A stretch of DNA of 29,701 nucleotides, taken from assembly GCA_041304645.1 (NCBI GenBank), contig JBFYMY010000140.1, positions 1-29,701 on the forward strand, given 5' to 3'. The position numbers and the translations under genes were made by a program. The stretch is from Thermoplasmatales archaeon (GTDB lineage: Archaea > Thermoplasmatota > Penumbrarchaeia > Penumbrarchaeales > Penumbrarchaeaceae). This document shows positions 25,401-29,701 of this stretch, piece by piece; within the stretch, counting starts at the first letter, position 1, and the number at the start of each line of letters is the position of its first letter. The notes below the pieces were generated by a model. It was not told the DNA's origin and did not search any database. It saw only the letters and a program-made list of their open reading frames with translations.

Positions 25401-26638
25401 GGAACTACACTCTGAGGGCCATGGCCTACGCCGCCTCCAGCCTGACGCTTCTGGTGCTCTCCCTGGTCCTATCATCCGAGCTTCTCCTTGTCGGTTCCCT
25501 TGTCATAGGGGCCATCATGCTGCTCTCCTTGACCACCCTCCCGGGGAGGCCCAGGGTCACGGCGGAGATGGACCGGACCCAGGTGTTCGAGGAAGAGACC
25601 GTCCGGGTGGACATGGAGATAGATTCCCGGGGGAGCTGGGGCAACATAGAGGTCTTCCACAGGCTCTCTCCCAACCTCGAGCTCGACAAGGGTTCGAACC
25701 TGGCCTTGCTGCCGCCGGGCAGGAGCCGCCATTCGTTCGTCGTCAAGGCCCCCCTGCGTGGCTACCATCCGACCGGTCCTACCCTTGTCCGAAGGTGGGA
25801 CCCGCTATGGCTATGGTATCGGGAGTCCGCCTCCGGCGAGCCCCAGAACCTGACCGTGTTCCCCGCCATGCACCAAGGCAGGCAGGGGGCCGTGAAGGTG
25901 AGGCAAAACCTCCACAGGCCAGGTGAGATGAAGGTCAAGAGGATCGGGTCAGGAAAGGAGTTCCATTCCATCCGTGGTTACACGACCACGGACCCGTTCA
26001 ACACCATCAATTGGAAGGCGTTCGCAAGGACGGGTAAGCTGCAGGTCAACCAGTACGAGACCGAGACGGTCACCGATGTCATGTTCTTCATAGATGCCCG
26101 CCTTGTCGGCAGGGTCGGGCTAATGACGGACAACCCCGTCGAACGGTCCATCAGATTGTGCGCTTCGCTATCTTCCGCCCTCCTGAACAGGTCGAACAGG
26201 GTCGGTCTTGTGGTCTACGGCCGTTCTGTCAATGTAACAAAGCCTAAAGGCGGCCCAGGGGCGCTCCAGTCCATCCTTCATATACTCACGGACATCACCC
26301 CGTCGGGACAGGACACTCTGGGCTCCAGCGTCACATACGCCCTGTCGTATCTGTCCCCCAACTGCCCCATCCTCATACTCTCTTCCCTTGCTGAGGACCC
26401 CACCGTCAAGGAGGCGGTGAGACAGCTGGTCGGAAGGGGGCACCCGACCCTGGTGGTCTCCCCGTCAGGGGTGGATTTCGAAAGGATGCTCTATTCCGAT
26501 GTGACGGTCCCCAAGTACCTGCTTAAGAAGCTGTCCAGGGAGAACCTCCTAATGGAGCTCGGCTCCATGGGGGCCAGGGTCGTGGACTGGCACCCGGGCA
26601 AGGACGTACAGTGGGCCCTTATGGAGGTATGGGAATGA
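25385..26638 (+). CDS. DUF58 domain protein (vWA-like) with two N-terminal TM helices
   Basis: RGYHPTGP...DPLWL, LTVFP, GSGKEFHSIRGY...DPFNTINWKAFARTGKLQVNQYE, MFFIDAR and NRVGLVVYG match DUF58. It overlaps the upstream gene by 16 bp. Confidence 0.88.
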   Translation: MAEEVRNYTLRAMAYAASSLTLLVLSLVLSSELLLVGSLVIGAIMLLSLTTLPGRPRVTAEMDRTQVFEEETVRVDMEIDSRGSWGNIEVFHRLSPNLELDKGSNLALLPPGRSRHSFVVKAPLRGYHPTGPTLVRRWDPLWLWYRESASGEPQNLTVFPAMHQGRQGAVKVRQNLHRPGEMKVKRIGSGKEFHSIRGYTTTDPFNTINWKAFARTGKLQVNQYETETVTDVMFFIDARLVGRVGLMTDNPVERSIRLCASLSSALLNRSNRVGLVVYGRSVNVTKPKGGPGALQSILHILTDITPSGQDTLGSSVTYALSYLSPNCPILILSSLAEDPTVKEAVRQLVGRGHPTLVVSPSGVDFERMLYSDVTVPKYLLKKLSRENLLMELGSMGARVVDWHPGKDVQWALMEVWE

Positions 26639-27456
26639 GTGCGGTCCTTCAGAAGGCCCTTTTGGTCTGGCCCGTGCTCTGCCTCATCGGGGCCGCGTTC
26701 ATCCTTCCGATCGCGGTACCGGAGATAGGTACTTTCCAGGTCTTCGTATCCGGCTCGCTCGAGGGTGTCCCCGTGTTCCTCTGGTCGGTCATAGGGCTCG
26801 TCCTTGGGGCGGCCGTATCGTTCCTGAGGTCAAGGTGGCCCAGGCAGACCATCCGTTACGGGGCCAGGGCATTCTTGGGCCTGGGCGCCTGGCTCGTGTT
26901 CGGGCTTGTATTATCGCTGTTCATGGGGGAGGGGTCCTATTATGAGAGATTGAAAGGGTCGGTGGTGATAAGGTCGTGGGCCATCATCGTCTGGACCCTT
27001 GTGTGCATGGCCCCGACCATGCTGGGTGTCCACAGCGTCCTTTACCGCTCAACGATGGCTCGGGGGGGAACGGTCCTCTCGTTCCTGCTCTTGGCGCTAT
27101 CGGGCATGGTCTATGCCCAGGCCTCGGAGGTCAGGGTCGCTCATCAGGACCCGTTCCTTTCCATCATCTTCATCTGGGCCGTCCTGGGGTTCCTTGAGGG
27201 GATCAATTGGAGGAACAGGTACGCATCCCTGGATTACGAGGCGCACATGAGCGACATCCTACTTGCCAGGCAGGTGGGTTTCACCCTTGTGTTCATGGGG
27301 ATCGGCGCTGTGGTGGCGGTCGCACCGTTCCTCATAGGCGATTGGCCCAGCACCTACTATGAATCCACAACGATCCTGGGGAAGGCCCTGGTCGGGCTCA
27401 TGGCCATCTCCCCGCTTGCAGTTCTTTCACTGGTCAGGAACCTTTTCGGAAGATAG
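26635..27456 (+). CDS. Polytopic membrane protein of unknown function (about 7-8 TM helices)
   Basis: ATGA overlap with the DUF58 stop, a GGAGG at 26623-26627, and alternating long hydrophobic segments. Confidence 0.78.
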   Translation: MSAVLQKALLVWPVLCLIGAAFILPIAVPEIGTFQVFVSGSLEGVPVFLWSVIGLVLGAAVSFLRSRWPRQTIRYGARAFLGLGAWLVFGLVLSLFMGEGSYYERLKGSVVIRSWAIIVWTLVCMAPTMLGVHSVLYRSTMARGGTVLSFLLLALSGMVYAQASEVRVAHQDPFLSIIFIWAVLGFLEGINWRNRYASLDYEAHMSDILLARQVGFTLVFMGIGAVVAVAPFLIGDWPSTYYESTTILGKALVGLMAISPLAVLSLVRNLFGR

Positions 27457-27484
27457 TCCTTAGGACCATCCCGGTTCAAATCAG

Positions 27485-27492
27485 TTTAAATA
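27485..27492 (+). promoter_or_regulatory. Putative TATA box for the 27538 gene
   Basis: TTTAAATA. The ATG at 27496 is too close to be transcribed from it, which supports ATG 27538 (GGTG upstream). Confidence 0.55.
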
Positions 27493-27537
27493 ATAATGAA
27501 CCGATTAGATGCCTGCTTTGTCCGATACGGTGTTCCC

Positions 27538-28686
27538 ATGAGCGATAGGGAGGTCCTTAGAGCAGATGTCCTGGAGGGGCTTGACGGGGAGGAGACCACC
27601 GAAAGGCCCTCAAGGAGGATAACGGCCGGCCCCATCATAGCTATCATCGTGGTCCTTGTCCTCCTTACAGCCGCCGGGTTCTACTTCTTCTGGGGGACGA
27701 GCGTGACCTCGGTGAGGTTCCTCAATGCGCCTGAGGAGGTCTCCGATGATGATGGCAGGTACGGGATAGCCCTGAGCATGCTGGCGCTGAGCCGCGGTGC
27801 GCAGACGGTCGATGGGAAGGGAGCGCTCGACATCTCTTTCGATTCGGCTAGGGTCCATACCCAGCAGGTCACGGTAAAGGAGGACCGGGCGGACATCATA
27901 GTGAAGTTCTCCGATTTCGTTACCGAGAACGGAGAGTACGAGTTCACGTTCTCCATTGAAGGCAAGAAGACTACCACTGCTCACAGCATAGGCCATGTTC
28001 CTGTGAGCCTCAATCTCTCCATTACCGAAAGCCTGGACCAGGAAACGAAGCAGACCAGGAACTTTGTACTTGTGACGCCCAAGTTCGGGGCCTCATGGGC
28101 CATTGACCTGTCCCCTTACAGCAAGAGGTACAATGTCGAGATAAGCATGCTAGACCCGACCGGAAGCGACGATCCCAGGACGATGAGCCTTTACGAGCTC
28201 CTTCTGGACCCGTACTCCCCCCAGCTTGAGATAGAAGGGGACTACATGGGCTACTACACCATATCCGCCCAGATGGAGAATGCCCTTGTCAGGTCCACTT
28301 CCAGGTACAGGCAGATAACTTCGGAACCATCCACCTTGGACGTTTTCGTCAACAAGGCTCCGGTCATTGACGACTTCAACTCTCCCGAAAGGGCCAAGAA
28401 AGGGGTGGAGGTGGAGTTCAGGATATCGGCCTCGGACCCCGACCTGAACGGGGGCATAGATTATCTCCTCATAGATTGGGACGTCAATAACAACGAGGAC
28501 TTTTTCCAGGAGTTCCAGGATTATTCAGGGGGGGTATTGAGGGTCAAGCACACCTTCCAGCAGTCGAAGGTGTTCATCGTCTATTTCACGGTGGGGGATA
28601 ATGGGGATATCGAACCGGGCAACGGGGAGCCTCCACAGAAGAGGTTCGCCTACCAACAGGTCGAGGTCACTGTCTCATTGATATAG
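27538..28686 (+). CDS. Single-pass (type II-like) membrane protein with beta-rich extracellular region and PKD-like C-terminus
   Basis: Charged N-terminal tail, TM helix IIAIIVVLVLLTAAGFYFFW, then NKAPVIDDF...ISASDPD...YLLIDWD...KHTF...FTVGD (PKD-like). Confidence 0.78.
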   Translation: MSDREVLRADVLEGLDGEETTERPSRRITAGPIIAIIVVLVLLTAAGFYFFWGTSVTSVRFLNAPEEVSDDDGRYGIALSMLALSRGAQTVDGKGALDISFDSARVHTQQVTVKEDRADIIVKFSDFVTENGEYEFTFSIEGKKTTTAHSIGHVPVSLNLSITESLDQETKQTRNFVLVTPKFGASWAIDLSPYSKRYNVEISMLDPTGSDDPRTMSLYELLLDPYSPQLEIEGDYMGYYTISAQMENALVRSTSRYRQITSEPSTLDVFVNKAPVIDDFNSPERAKKGVEVEFRISASDPDLNGGIDYLLIDWDVNNNEDFFQEFQDYSGGVLRVKHTFQQSKVFIVYFTVGDNGDIEPGNGEPPQKRFAYQQVEVTVSLI

Positions 28687-28717
28687 CCTGCCACTGGTCG
28701 AGCGGCGGACGATAACG

Positions 28718-28724
28718 TTTAAAT
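28718..28724 (+). promoter_or_regulatory. TATA box of tRNA-Val
   Basis: TTTAAAT ends 44 nt before the mature tRNA 5' end. Confidence 0.6.
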
Positions 28725-28767
28725 CCGAAGTTGTGTTGATGTCCGACGGGAACGCTTAGAACCCACC

Positions 28768-28841
28768 GGGCCGATGGTCTAGCTGGTTATGACGTCACCT
28801 TGACATGGTGAAGGTCCCCGGTTCAAATCCGGGTCGGCCCA
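28768..28841 (+). tRNA. tRNA-Val(GAC), no intron, CCA not encoded
   Basis: Acceptor stem GGGCCGA/TCGGCCC plus discriminator A, D arm GGTCTAGCTGGTTATGAC, anticodon stem TCACC/GGTGA with loop TTGACAT (GAC at 28802-28804), T arm CCCGG-TTCAAAT-CCGGG. Confidence 0.97.
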
Positions 28842-29116
28842 TTTAACTTTTCTTAATATTCTTTGCATGGGCCGCCCCTCGAAAAAGATTATAGTTCAAA
28901 CGCTAGGAAAATCGTGAACAGTGAGTGATTAGAACTGCGATTTTCCTGCGCCCTTGAAGCCTTCGGCTTCTGCGGGTCCGGGTCGGCCTATTCGATATTA
29001 ATTGATTATGCAGTAGAGAGTGGGACGACCCGAAGGGATCATAGTTAAATCGTTGAGAGTGAAAAAGGAGTTAGATATCGGACTGATATTACCTTTTTTA
29101 CGAATCCGGGTCGGCC
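28826..29116 (+). repeat. Three direct copies of the tRNA-Val 3' end (att-like)
   Basis: AATCCGGGTCGGCC at 28826-28839 (in the tRNA) and 29103-29116 is an exact 14-bp match; TCCGGGTCGGCC at 28977-28988 is a 12-bp match. Confidence 0.85.
28842..28864 (+). terminator. T-rich archaeal-type terminator after the tRNA
   Basis: TTTAACTTTTCTTAATATTCTTT immediately follows the discriminator base. Confidence 0.5.
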
Positions 29117-29129
29117 TGCATATCATCGC

Positions 29130-29699
29130 TCATTTCCTCTTCATGACCTTCTCATAGGCCCTGTTCAGCCTCATGGTCTCTTCTTTGGCCTTCTCCCTCA
29201 CCCAATCCGGCCCCTTATCGAACTTATCGGGGTGGTACAGATGGATCTTCTCCCTGAACGCCCTCTCGATGGCCGCAAGGTCATCGTCCCTTCGGACACC
29301 AATTACCTTGTAGGGGTCCTCCGTTGGGTCATCCCCTCCATCATACTTGTTGTTCCCCACCTTTACGAAGACATGTCTATCGACATAGACGACCTTAGGC
29401 ATCTCGAGGTCGGGAAGCTCATCATCCTCTTCCTCCACCTTCGGGGCTTCCTTCTCCTTCTTCCTCCCATCCGGTGCGAACTGGAGAGCGGCCGTCATTG
29501 CCAGCATTACCAAAGCTGATGCCAGCATCCCCCCGTCGAACGTCCCGTAGATGTTAATATATGGCCGGACGAATGTCCATAACGTAAAAAGGCAGGGTGC
29601 CATCGCTATCAAGGGGAAGATGAGGGCCCACCCATGGAACCTCTTCCGTACCCATGCGGCCGTTATTAGGATGGAAGCGGCCAGGGTCGTTCCGACCGA
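29130..29699 (-). CDS. 5'-partial multi-pass membrane protein with C-terminal J domain
   Basis: The frame is open to the window edge (read manually). At least three hydrophobic helices, an acidic linker, and DPYKVIGV...IERAFREKIHLYHPDK...AKEETMRLNRAYE (J domain with intact HPD). Confidence 0.85.
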   Translation of the reverse strand, partial: SVGTTLAASILITAAWVRKRFHGWALIFPLIAMAPCLFTLWTFVRPYINIYGTFDGGMLASALVMLAMTAALQFAPDGRKKEKEAPKVEEEDDELPDLEMPKVVYVDRHVFVKVGNNKYDGGDDPTEDPYKVIGVRRDDDLAAIERAFREKIHLYHPDKFDKGPDWVREKAKEETMRLNRAYEKVMKRK

Positions 29700-29701
29700 G
29701 A

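Noticed and set aside
28826-29116. Possible CRISPR mini-array
   Set aside because: The repeats are only 12-14 bp, match the tRNA, and have spacers over 110 bp; no cas genes are present.

Overview
This is an archaeal chromosomal window, most likely Thermoplasmatota-like (inferred from archaeal fibrillarin, PurP, XPD, DUF357, TATA boxes, GGTGA/GGAGG ribosome-binding sites and a CCA-less tRNA). Bases 1-5204 are AT-richer and encode two membrane-anchored surface proteins (PKD plus Ig-like; GLUG beta-helix plus PKD/CARDB). The GC-rich middle holds DUF357, a stand-alone HerA-like ATPase, fibrillarin, a DUF1015-serC pair, a degenerate KaiC/RAD55-like mosaic protein, XPD, two small hypothetical proteins and purP. 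From 16579 a tightly coupled four-gene operon encodes a ~2530-aa transglutaminase-fold/DUF4129 protein with about 50 DxDGDG Ca-binding-type repeats and an apparently dead catalytic triad, then DUF4350, DUF58 and a polytopic membrane protein. The MoxR ATPase that normally accompanies this module is missing. The window ends with a single-pass membrane protein, tRNA-Val(GAC) followed by two extra copies of its 3' end, and a partial membrane J-domain gene. The best candidates for new biology are the MoxR-less pseudo-transglutaminase operon, DUF1015-serC as a possible SerB-independent serine route, a nested 36-bp palindrome after serC, and the tRNA-end repeats. All family calls come from motif recognition by eye; no database searches were run.
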